DNA from: Candidatus Hodarchaeota archaeon
GTDB lineage: Archaea; Asgardarchaeota; Heimdallarchaeia; Hodarchaeales; Hodarchaeaceae
Assembly: GCA_029856365.1 (NCBI GenBank)
Contig: JAHQWW010000001.1
Coordinates: 1-64,000, forward strand
DNA length: 64,000 nucleotides
Direction: 5' to 3'
Shown here: positions 39,734 to 48,789 of the stretch, one piece after another
Layout of the letters: each line of letters starts with the position of its first letter
Position numbering within the stretch: the first letter of the stretch is position 1
Program-made: the position numbers and the translations under genes
The notes under the pieces: model-generated
Told to the model about the DNA's origin: nothing
The model's input: only the letters and a program-made list of their open reading frames with translations
Databases searched by the model: none

Positions 39734-40711
39734 TTGTCTCTAAAAACCTTTTTTCACGATATATATGACCTCACACGATTACCCCTTGGGATCATGGGAG
39801 CTGCGGCTGGGTTAACAGCAGGAATGATTGTAGTATTGGTTCACCATCAAGATCCTTCTAAAAATACCATATTAATTGTTTTGGAGCTTCTTCCAAAGTA
39901 TTGGGAAGTTGCTATTTTAGGCTTAGCAATTCCATTCTTAATAGTTGGAGCTTCAATGGCCATCAACGATTACCACGATTATGAAGCAGATCGGATAAAC
40001 AATCGAATGGATCGCCCTTTGGTTCGAAATCCAGACTTAAAGCCGCAATTCGTTCTGATTTTATCTTTATCGATGATATTGACTGGTATTTTGCTTTCAT
40101 TCGTCCTTTTCAGTGACAATCTTTTGGTAGTCATCGGAGTGACGATCTCCAGTTTTTTAGCTATTTCTTATAATATTTGGACGAAAGAAAAAGGATTAAT
40201 GGGTAATATGACTGTTGCTGCTTGTGATATGGCCCCATTCCTCTTAGCCCTAGTAGCAATGGCAGGAAAAGAAGGAGGAACAGATATTTTTTATTTATTT
40301 ACCGCTGAAATAATAGAAACAACTTTAGTTGTGCTAATTATGACTGCTATAACTTTTTTTGGTGTTGTTGGGCGGGAATTGATTAAAGGGATAATGGACA
40401 TGGAAGGAGATCGTGCTACAAGCTCTCACACTTTTGCTGTGAGATATGGACCAAATCGAGCTGTACAATTGGCTTCGATATTTTTTATGATTGTTATTGT
40501 TTTAGCCCCAATTCCGTTATTCATAAAATTTCAAAATAATGTATTATATGCAACATTTATGCTTGTTTCAATTATTTTACTTTTTTACAGTGTTTTAATC
40601 CTATCTCGTGATCAATCTGTTGCTGCTGGCAAAAAAGGTCGAACTTACACTCGAACTGCTTTATGGTCTGGAGTTCTTTCTTTCTTGGTGGGTGCATTAA
40701 CTATGACATAA
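39734..40711 (+). CDS. UbiA-family prenyltransferase, probably digeranylgeranylglyceryl phosphate synthase
   Basis: INDYHDYEADRIN..DRPL and RELIKGIMDMEGD motifs; multiple TM helices. Confidence 0.82.
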   Translation: MSLKTFFHDIYDLTRLPLGIMGAAAGLTAGMIVVLVHHQDPSKNTILIVLELLPKYWEVAILGLAIPFLIVGASMAINDYHDYEADRINNRMDRPLVRNPDLKPQFVLILSLSMILTGILLSFVLFSDNLLVVIGVTISSFLAISYNIWTKEKGLMGNMTVAACDMAPFLLALVAMAGKEGGTDIFYLFTAEIIETTLVVLIMTAITFFGVVGRELIKGIMDMEGDRATSSHTFAVRYGPNRAVQLASIFFMIVIVLAPIPLFIKFQNNVLYATFMLVSIILLFYSVLILSRDQSVAAGKKGRTYTRTALWSGVLSFLVGALTMT

Positions 40712-40748
40712 TGTAAGCGTAAAGATTAAGTTATTTTAGGTTTTAACT

Positions 40749-42128
40749 ATGTTTGGTGATCCTCAAACCTTTTGTAGATCAATTGCAGAGAAAAGTAACC
40801 TACAGGAAGGTACGAAGGGCGTTGAACGAATAATTTTAGAGATGTACAGACGACAAACCCAAAAAATGACCAATAAAGAGCTTTCAAGGCATGTTCGTAT
40901 CCCTATTCCTGTACTTTCTGCCGTTCGAGGTGAGATGTTAAAGGTAGGATTTCTAGAAACAAAGAGTATTTTATCAAGTACTGCTATTAAATGGATTCAA
41001 AAAAGAATGGGACTGTCTTATTCTTATGAATTTTTTCAGGATTTTAACATAGACTCTTCGTTTAAGGTCTCAAAAAAGTACCTTGAATTTTTTAATCCAG
41101 TAATTGAATATTTAAATCGCCGTCCTCCTCCTGAATATAAATACGATCAGTCTCGCAGTATTCCTGAAACTGTGTTGAAAAGAACACTGTTAATGTTAAG
41201 AAATGGAGATGTGGAGGGGAAAAGGATAGCCATCTTAGGAGATGATGACGGTGTTTCTTTAGCGTTAGGATTTCTCGGATGTGCAAAAGAAATTCTTGTC
41301 ATTGATATCGATTCCCGCATTCTTGAGTTTATTGATTCTTTTGCTCATGAGAAAAACTTGGTAAATGTGTTGAACACGCAACTATGGGATATAAGAACTA
41401 CATTTCCAAAAAAATGGCAGCAACATTTTGATACTTTTGAAACGGATCCACCTTATACCGTTTCGGGTTTCAAACTATTCATTGATCAGGCCCTTACTCT
41501 CCTAGATCCAATGGAAGGTGGGAGAGGTTATGTTTCATTTGGAACTAAGTCACCTCACGATACCTGGGCGTGCCAACAACATCTTCTAGAAGCAGGTTTT
41601 TCGATTGAAGAGTTCTTTCAGGATTTTAATCGTTACCACGGAGCAACAATTTTAGGTAATACTTCTAATCTGTATGTCATAAGTTCTGTTCCTCAAAAAT
41701 TGCGCCTCTTAGAAACAAAACATTCTGAAAAGACAATCTATACTTTTGATGAAAAGAAAGTAAAAGACCTCCCAACTGTGGGTTATCAAATTATTGCTGA
41801 ATTTTATGGAGTTAAACCCACTTATCTGAATGAAGCTAAGAAATTAACCAATATCCTTCAAAGTGGTATCAAAAAAAGTCAGCTCCATATGGAGGAAATG
41901 TTTGTTAAAGAGTATTCTCCATATGGTTTGTCAATTATAGCCATTTTAGTGGAAAGTCATTGTCATTTGCATACATGGCCAGAATGGGATTATCTTTCCC
42001 TCGACATATTTGTATGTGAAGCGAGAGAAAAAGCGGAAAAATTATTTCAATATCTATTAAAAATAATAGATCCATTGGATTATCATAAATTCCAATTTTT
42101 TCGAGGTCGGCCTCCATCAATAGATTAG
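40749..42128 (+). CDS. Fusion of BpsA-like branched-chain polyamine synthase and pyruvoyl SAM decarboxylase (SpeD-like)
   Basis: LGDDDGVSLA, DIDSRI, TDPPYT in the N-terminal part; C-terminal ~115 aa with PYGLS..ILVESHCHLHTWPE..LSLDIFVC. Confidence 0.85.
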   Translation: MFGDPQTFCRSIAEKSNLQEGTKGVERIILEMYRRQTQKMTNKELSRHVRIPIPVLSAVRGEMLKVGFLETKSILSSTAIKWIQKRMGLSYSYEFFQDFNIDSSFKVSKKYLEFFNPVIEYLNRRPPPEYKYDQSRSIPETVLKRTLLMLRNGDVEGKRIAILGDDDGVSLALGFLGCAKEILVIDIDSRILEFIDSFAHEKNLVNVLNTQLWDIRTTFPKKWQQHFDTFETDPPYTVSGFKLFIDQALTLLDPMEGGRGYVSFGTKSPHDTWACQQHLLEAGFSIEEFFQDFNRYHGATILGNTSNLYVISSVPQKLRLLETKHSEKTIYTFDEKKVKDLPTVGYQIIAEFYGVKPTYLNEAKKLTNILQSGIKKSQLHMEEMFVKEYSPYGLSIIAILVESHCHLHTWPEWDYLSLDIFVCEAREKAEKLFQYLLKIIDPLDYHKFQFFRGRPPSID

Positions 42129-42147
42129 ACTCAATAGTGATGTAACA

Positions 42148-42843
42148 ATGGGTGAAACAAAAAAACAGAGTTCTGAAGAATTCAAGTTTCTCAACGAATT
42201 AGGGCGGAAATCTATACATCTCTCTGTTTGGGCGATTCCTTTGGCCTATCACTGGATTTTACCTTGTTTAGGTTTGTCATCCGAAGGTTCCCTTTTTTTT
42301 ATCCAACTCTCTTTACTTGGATTTCTGTGTTTTTTTATTCCCTTGGAAATTTATAGGCTAAAATTTAATCCAAACACTTGGATAAATCATTTTACTCGTG
42401 CTTATGAAAAAGAACGTCCTGCTAATTATATCTTAACAGCTGCGGTCTGGTTAATGTTACTACTAGGTGTAAACTTTTTTTATGAGATGGAAGTAGTAGA
42501 ACTTGTATTAATCACTACAGTGATGGGTGATTCTGCTGCCGCCTTGGTTGGGAAAGGAATAGGTCACAGAAGACTCCCCCTTACAAAGGAAAAAACTGTA
42601 GAAGGATTTATAGCTGGATTATTAACAAATTATTTGATTGGTTTTTGTTTTCTCATGATAGTGTGGAATAATTTATCCTCATCTTACCAGATATGGTTTA
42701 TATTCGTCTTACCACTCATTCCAACGATAGTATGGGGATCACTTGATTTCTTTGAGGATTTACCCTGGTATTTAGCTGACAATCTATTCAATCCTCCACT
42801 TGCTGCGATAATTGTTGCAATGCTAGAGATTATCTTGAATTGA
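42148..42843 (+). CDS. CTP-dependent polyprenol/diacylglycerol kinase (SEC59/DGK1/VTE5 family)
   Basis: ELGRKSIH, GDSAAALVGKGIG, KTVEG, DNL. Confidence 0.8.
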   Translation: MGETKKQSSEEFKFLNELGRKSIHLSVWAIPLAYHWILPCLGLSSEGSLFFIQLSLLGFLCFFIPLEIYRLKFNPNTWINHFTRAYEKERPANYILTAAVWLMLLLGVNFFYEMEVVELVLITTVMGDSAAALVGKGIGHRRLPLTKEKTVEGFIAGLLTNYLIGFCFLMIVWNNLSSSYQIWFIFVLPLIPTIVWGSLDFFEDLPWYLADNLFNPPLAAIIVAMLEIILN

Positions 42844-42851
42844 CTCCTTTA

Positions 42852-43580
42852 TTATTTTATGGGAATCATAGTATTTGAATGGCACACTTCACACCCGTTC
42901 CTTTCTAAGAAGCATTTTTTGCAATAAGGAGTATTACATCCAGGATTCCCACACATCACATCTGCAATGTTTCTACAATTAATACATTTCTTTTTTAGCC
43001 TAAAGAAATTATGAGTACGGCTATATCGTTGTATTCGGAGTACTACAAGAAGAAAGATCACTAGACTTATTAGAAACACGAGGGGTATGAAAAAGGGGAT
43101 ATCAAAGAGTGTTCCAGCGGGTTTACTTGCATCAAGTAAAATTTTTTTAACACGGATTTGGTAGAAGAGATCCTTGCCATAATGTGGATCAGTAACATTG
43201 TTGAATGCTTTTCCACTTGAAAAATCGATATTCCAGTTCTTTTCTTGTCCAGTCTTCATTCCTAAAAGTCCCTCTACAAAACCCAGATTAGGTGGCGCAT
43301 ATACATCTGGAAATTCTTCAATAATTTTGTTCGGAACACCTTCTCTGTCTATTATATCTGGGTCTTCCACATAGATTGTACCTTGTTGCTCATCTACTAT
43401 TAGATTCTCGACCCATAAGGTGTAGTTTACACGTACAACATCATGCATTTCTACTTTCGTATCAGGGGTGACCTCAATCGCTCTACTAGCATTGATAAAA
43501 CTTGGGGAAAAAGCTACTAAGAAGCTTATGAATAGAAACGATGTTAAAACTAGTGATCTATAGAAACTCCTAGGAATCAT
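42852..43580 (-). CDS. Signal peptide + FKBP-like domain + TM + cytoplasmic C8 zinc finger
   Basis: DVVRVNYTL, GFVEGLLGMKTGQEK, GKDLFYQIRVKKI; TM helix; C-x2-C-x7-C-x4-C-x4-C-x2-C-x6-C-x2-C. Confidence 0.7.
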   Translation of the reverse strand: MIPRSFYRSLVLTSFLFISFLVAFSPSFINASRAIEVTPDTKVEMHDVVRVNYTLWVENLIVDEQQGTIYVEDPDIIDREGVPNKIIEEFPDVYAPPNLGFVEGLLGMKTGQEKNWNIDFSSGKAFNNVTDPHYGKDLFYQIRVKKILLDASKPAGTLFDIPFFIPLVFLISLVIFLLVVLRIQRYSRTHNFFRLKKKCINCRNIADVMCGNPGCNTPYCKKCFLERNGCEVCHSNTMIPIK

Positions 43581-43704
43581 TAAGTGTCAACCTATGTTCA
43601 GTTCTCTGTATTGATATTCTAAAGAGTTTTTGGTTTTCATACTAGAGAACAAAGACTTCAAAAAAGTATGAAAGAATCCTCCTCAAGAGCAAAAAAAGAG
43701 ATAG

Positions 43705-44100
43705 ATGACAAGAATGGAAATAAAGAGAGAAAAAAAGGTAAAGATAATCTTAAAGGGCTGGACTTCTAATCAAATATCTCAAACAGAGGGCTTTGCATTT
43801 ATTTCACAAACTCCCAAAGCTGCTCGTGCCCAAATTCTCACTTTTCGTGATCAGACTCCTCGTATATTAATCTGTCCAAGCATTGATTGGTCTTGGTCTG
43901 ATGTAGTTAATGAAGTCGCAGGTGTTGTGACTGATCATGGAACACGAGTCAGTCGTGGATCTGAAGTTTCAGGTATTGTTCAGGTTCCTGCAGTGTTAGG
44001 GACAAAAATAGCTACTCAAGAGATTAAAGAGGGGGATTTCATTGAGATTATTTGTGAAGGAATGGAAGCAGTAGCAAAGGTTTTTTCAGGAAAGAAGTGA
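43705..44100 (+). CDS. Stand-alone PEP-utilising swivelling-domain-like protein without the phospho-His
   Basis: GVVTDHGTRVSRGSEVSGIVQVPAVLGT aligns without gaps to PpsA [28 protein letters not shown]. Confidence 0.7.
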   Translation: MTRMEIKREKKVKIILKGWTSNQISQTEGFAFISQTPKAARAQILTFRDQTPRILICPSIDWSWSDVVNEVAGVVTDHGTRVSRGSEVSGIVQVPAVLGTKIATQEIKEGDFIEIICEGMEAVAKVFSGKK

Positions 44101-44102
44101 TA

Positions 44103-44720
44103 TCATTCAGTCTCGGAATAATCGGCTGGTGCTACAATCTCACGTTCAGCAAGTTTAAGTTTAAGATAGCTATCCCATTCTTCCTGATTTTTTTGAAGTT
44201 TCGCTTCCCAGTCAGCATTTAATTGATTAATTTGACGTGTTAATTCTTCATTAGCACTTTCAAGGCGATTTTCTAGCTCAATAATGGTTGAATTCATTTT
44301 AGAAGCCTGAAGTAGTGTTTCTTCTTTCTCATTTTCGAGGATCTTATTTCGTTGTTCTAAAGATTTAGAATGTGCTTGTAATCCTTCGATTTCTTGTTCT
44401 TTTTTGGCGAGCTGTTGTTTAAACTCTTCAAAGTTGCTTTCCAAAGTTTGAGAGCTTTTTTTACTAGCACTGCGGGCTTTTTTAGCGATTGAAATGGAAT
44501 ATTGATTTAATAAATCTTGATTAATTCGAATTAATCGCTCAGCTATATCTCGAACGAACCTTTCGGCTTGCGCGATTGTCACACTGGATCGAGAGGAGAC
44601 CCTACGAGGCATTTCTTGCAGGAAGGATTTTTGTGATTCATTCAACTGATTTTTTGAATCAGCGATCAGCTCATCAAACAATTTCATAATATATTGGCCT
44701 AGATCTCTATATTCTGCCAT
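44103..44720 (-). CDS. Coiled-coil hypothetical protein
   Basis: Long E/Q/K-rich heptad region. Confidence 0.65.
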   Translation of the reverse strand: MAEYRDLGQYIMKLFDELIADSKNQLNESQKSFLQEMPRRVSSRSSVTIAQAERFVRDIAERLIRINQDLLNQYSISIAKKARSASKKSSQTLESNFEEFKQQLAKKEQEIEGLQAHSKSLEQRNKILENEKEETLLQASKMNSTIIELENRLESANEELTRQINQLNADWEAKLQKNQEEWDSYLKLKLAEREIVAPADYSETE

Positions 44721-44978
44721 AATGGCTCACATCATTCAGAAAGAACAATATTTTCTATATTACTGATTATCCTTTTATTTTATCTCGGAATGAGATCAGT
44801 ATCAACTATAATAAAATCATATTATATAGAGAGGGTACAGCTTGCTATGAACTTAATATTAACTTAGAACACATTAGAATTTTATGCTCATAAATTGTCC
44901 CCAAAAATTTATCTTATTTTTAAAGATCAAAAATAAATACATTATTTGATCGTGTTAATAAAAGGGTTGAATAAGCAA

Positions 44979-45851
44979 ATGCTAGACAAACAGACCGAAA
45001 AACTCGTGTTGCATGCTCAAAAAAATGAAATCACAGAATACCACATTTATAAAAAATTAGCGAAATCAACTAAAGACCCTCATAACCAAAAAATCCTCAA
45101 CCAAATTGCTGAAGATGAGTTAAAGCATTATTCTTTTTGGAATCAATATACTCAACGAGAAGTAAGTCCAAGTAGAAAAAAGTGGTTCTATTACTTTATT
45201 GCAAGAATATTTGGTTTAACATTTGGTATTCGTCTAATGGAGCTCGGTGAAGGACAGGCTCAAGTCTTTTATACCACTATTACTAAGCTTATTCCTGAAG
45301 CACAATCCATCATCGAAGATGAAGAGGCTCATGAAAAAGAACTCATCAGTCTCATCGATGAAGAATTATTAGATTACATAGGATCTGTTGTTCTTGGTTT
45401 AAACGATGCGTTAGTAGAACTCACTGGGGCTCTCGCTGGATTGACATTAGCCTTTCAGAACGCTCAACTAATTGCTCTAGCAGGTTTGATTACAGGAATC
45501 GCTGCCTCCTTGTCCATGGCCGCATCAGAATATCTTGCAACAAAAGAAGAACAAACAACGAAAAATCCTTTAAAAGCGGCAATATACACAGGTATCGCAT
45601 ATGTTGCTACTGTTTTTTTCCTTATTTTACCTTATTTAATCTTTAGTAATCAATCCCCACTTGTATGTCTAGCGATCACCCTTATCAATGCTATCCTTAT
45701 AGTCTTAGTTTTTACATTCTATATTTCCGTGGCCAAGGATCTCTCGTTCAAGAAAAGATTCTCTGAAATTGTCGGAATCAGTTTAGGAGTAGCCAGTTTA
45801 ACTTTCATTATTGGATTAGTTGTACGATCAGTCTTGAACATTGATATATGA
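44979..45851 (+). CDS. VIT1/CCC1 iron transporter with N-terminal ferritin-like domain
   Basis: ExxH motifs (ELKH, EEAH); VLGLNDALVE, SLSMAASEYLA. Confidence 0.88.
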   Translation: MLDKQTEKLVLHAQKNEITEYHIYKKLAKSTKDPHNQKILNQIAEDELKHYSFWNQYTQREVSPSRKKWFYYFIARIFGLTFGIRLMELGEGQAQVFYTTITKLIPEAQSIIEDEEAHEKELISLIDEELLDYIGSVVLGLNDALVELTGALAGLTLAFQNAQLIALAGLITGIAASLSMAASEYLATKEEQTTKNPLKAAIYTGIAYVATVFFLILPYLIFSNQSPLVCLAITLINAILIVLVFTFYISVAKDLSFKKRFSEIVGISLGVASLTFIIGLVVRSVLNIDI

Positions 45852-45960
45852 TCCTCTCATATTAGAGAGTTTTTAATGTATTTGAGCAAGTTCTGGAAAG
45901 AAAACATTCTTAACATTAGTAAAACTGTGATAAAACTATAAAATTGCCGAGGGTATCATC

Positions 45961-47463
45961 ATGAGGATATTGAAATATTTCTCTTGTTCTGTTATTGGTT
46001 TCATTCTCTTATTAGCGATTACACCGATAGGTGGAGTCAAGGGCTGCACTAATGCAGTCAGTGATTACTACTTCTCTGTCCCAGAAGAAATAGTAGAAGT
46101 AAGTATCAACTTAGATGGATCTGCAGATATTGAATACTGGATTACTTTTGTAGTAATAGATGGAGGTGATCCCATTGATATTGTGGATATTGGTTTTCCC
46201 AACAAGTTTTACAAACCCGGAAGTATAATAGCGGATGTTAATGGGACACCAGTGACAGATATTTCGAAATCTGCCGTAATTGACATTGGTGTTGAAATTC
46301 ATTTACACGAATCCACGATTACAGGCACAGGAGTACTACATGTAAAGGGAAACCAACCGTACATGATATTTGAAGATACTGAAGAGGAAGATATGGCTTC
46401 TGTAGAATTCGGAAATACATGGTGGGATTCCACCTATACAACTGGCACTACAAACTTAACTACTCGAATTATATTTCCTACAACTGTAGATGAAACAACA
46501 TATACCAAGTATCACTATTCCGATAAACCAGATCATGAATATTTTTTACTAAATGGACGTAAAGTATTCGAATGGAACGAACCATCCGCTTCTCCCTCAA
46601 GTCAATATACATATGGAGTTTCCTTTCCTAAAGCAGGAGTGACATGGTACACAAGTTATCCTCTCACCATAGAGGAACTTTTAATTATTGTGGGTATTAG
46701 TAGTGTTATACTAATTGCTATTGTGGTTGCTATTGTAAGTTATATAAGGAAACGACGTCGATTGATGGATTATATTCCTCCTTTTGTCTCAGTTCCCACC
46801 GCTGGTCCTAGAATGGATCTCCGTAGAGAAGAAGTAGCCATTGTTTTAGAAAAACCCGTGAATGTCACAATTTCCATGATTATTCTCACATTAATCCAAA
46901 AGGGCCTATTAAAGCAGTTTTCATCTGAGAGTCCCCTCCTTGAGCCCATCAAAGGTGCTTCGAAAAAACACCTCCGAAAATATGAGCAAATAGTTCTGAA
47001 ATCCATTCATACAGACCTCAGTATCGATGAGGATGATTTAGTGAAAGCAGTATCCAGTTTGGTTAAATCCACCCAACGTAGGATTCGAGGATATTCGTAT
47101 GAAAGAACTGTGGAATATTATGAAAGATTAATTCGAGAATCTGTTGCAACAATTAAATCAGAATCCGATCCACGGAATGTTTCTACAGAAGCTTGGTTTT
47201 GGGCAATTCTGGATGAGGAATTCTTACCAGACTTAGAAGTGCAAATAACTGAGCGTGAAGAGTATTACAATTATTACCCATGGTATTATCATTATGGTTA
47301 TCATCGATGGCATTGGATCCCTCGTGGCCGATCCTTCACCCGCCGTGTGACAAGGATCAGTCATCCCATCCCCCGAGGAAGTAGTGGGGGTTCAAGAGGA
47401 GGTGGGGGTTGTGCTTGTGCTTGTGCTGGTTGTGCCTGCGCCTGTGCTGGAGGTGGTCGTTGA
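45961..47463 (+). CDS. Single-pass membrane protein (DUF2207-like ectodomain) with aromatic-rich segment and C-terminal Cys-Ala repeat tail
   Basis: Signal peptide, beta-rich ectodomain, TM followed by RKRRR, YYNYYPWYYHYGYHRWHW, Gly/Ser linker, CACACAGCACACAGGGR. Confidence 0.8.
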   Translation: MRILKYFSCSVIGFILLLAITPIGGVKGCTNAVSDYYFSVPEEIVEVSINLDGSADIEYWITFVVIDGGDPIDIVDIGFPNKFYKPGSIIADVNGTPVTDISKSAVIDIGVEIHLHESTITGTGVLHVKGNQPYMIFEDTEEEDMASVEFGNTWWDSTYTTGTTNLTTRIIFPTTVDETTYTKYHYSDKPDHEYFLLNGRKVFEWNEPSASPSSQYTYGVSFPKAGVTWYTSYPLTIEELLIIVGISSVILIAIVVAIVSYIRKRRRLMDYIPPFVSVPTAGPRMDLRREEVAIVLEKPVNVTISMIILTLIQKGLLKQFSSESPLLEPIKGASKKHLRKYEQIVLKSIHTDLSIDEDDLVKAVSSLVKSTQRRIRGYSYERTVEYYERLIRESVATIKSESDPRNVSTEAWFWAILDEEFLPDLEVQITEREEYYNYYPWYYHYGYHRWHWIPRGRSFTRRVTRISHPIPRGSSGGSRGGGGCACACAGCACACAGGGR

Positions 47464-48789
47464 ATGAAACGGACAGGAAGTGCGGAATTAGTACATTTAA
47501 GAGAAGGGGAGGATGGAGATATTCGATTACATCTCCGTCGTCAAGGTGATAGTGGCCTTTTAATTATCAACGCGTCGAGAATATTGAACCTCAATTCTAC
47601 TGCAACATTCTTTGTGGAAAGGATTCTGAAGGGTAAGACAGATTCAGAGATTATTAAGGAGCTCAAAGGTCTTTATCGTGTCAGTGAACAGCAAGCGAAT
47701 CTAGATCTTCAATCATTGAAAGATATGATTCATACATTATCAACAACAGATGATATTTGTCCCATTCATTCCCTTCAAATGGAAGAATCGGCTTTAACAG
47801 AACTATCACTAACTGCTCCTTTACGAATGGACTTAGCAATCACTTATAGATGTAATAACAAATGTGCACATTGCTATAATCAACCGGAGTCACAAAATGC
47901 AGCTGAATTAGATACAAACACTTGGAAGTCCATTCTAGGACGACTTTGGGAGGTTTCTATTCCTCATGTGACTTTTACAGGAGGTGAACCCACGTTACGC
48001 CACGATCTGCCTGATTTAATTGACCATGCGGAGAATATTGGAATAGTTACTGGACTTATTACAAATGGTCGAAATCTAAAGGATGTAAACTATGTAGATG
48101 GGTTGGTAAATAACGGTCTAGATCATATTCAGATTACATTTGAAAGCGTAGATGAAAGGATTCACAACCAAATGGTGGGAAATGAACATGCGTGGGTAGA
48201 GACAGTTGAAGGTATAAAAAATGCTATAGATACCCCTATCTATACTCTGACGAACACTACATTGACTCGTTTGAATACTCCCAAGATAGAAGAGACCGTT
48301 GAATTCCTTAACAGTCTTGATGTGGAACAATTCGCCTGTAACTCAATTATATATGCCGGAAAAGGGAAAAATGTTTCCAAGATAGCCTTAACAGAGAGTG
48401 AGCTAATTCCGATTCTCGAATCGATTCAGGATATAGCAGATGAATATGGTATGCAGTTTATTTGGTACACACCGACTCGTTACTGTGAACTTGATCCGAA
48501 TAACCTAGGATTAGGAGTGAAGAGATGTTCTGCTTCACATTTAGCAATGGCTATTGAACCCAATGGAACCGTAATTCCATGTCAGAGTTACTATAAAGGA
48601 TTGGGTCATATTCTGAATGATAGTTGGGAGAGTATCTGGAATAATCCTCTATCACAAAAGCTGCGAACTCATGCAAACGTCCCTGATGAGTGTCAAAATT
48701 GTAATCAACTTGATCTCTGTGGTGGCGGTTGTCCTCTGAGTTTCTATCGCGAGGAATATATATGTCCCGAAAGTCAAGCCAACGATTGA
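47464..48789 (+). CDS. PqqD/RRE-fused radical SAM-SPASM protein
   Basis: LNSTATFF...SEIIKELKGLYRVSEQQANLDL (PqqD-like), CNNKCAHC, FTGGEP, SPASM C...IEPNGTVIPC...CQNC...CGGGC. Confidence 0.9.
   Translation: MKRTGSAELVHLREGEDGDIRLHLRRQGDSGLLIINASRILNLNSTATFFVERILKGKTDSEIIKELKGLYRVSEQQANLDLQSLKDMIHTLSTTDDICPIHSLQMEESALTELSLTAPLRMDLAITYRCNNKCAHCYNQPESQNAAELDTNTWKSILGRLWEVSIPHVTFTGGEPTLRHDLPDLIDHAENIGIVTGLITNGRNLKDVNYVDGLVNNGLDHIQITFESVDERIHNQMVGNEHAWVETVEGIKNAIDTPIYTLTNTTLTRLNTPKIEETVEFLNSLDVEQFACNSIIYAGKGKNVSKIALTESELIPILESIQDIADEYGMQFIWYTPTRYCELDPNNLGLGVKRCSASHLAMAIEPNGTVIPCQSYYKGLGHILNDSWESIWNNPLSQKLRTHANVPDECQNCNQLDLCGGGCPLSFYREEYICPESQAND

Noticed and set aside
47410-47451. TGTGCT microsatellite or CRISPR-like repeat
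   Set aside because: In-frame Cys-Ala coding repeat with synonymous variation; no spacers.
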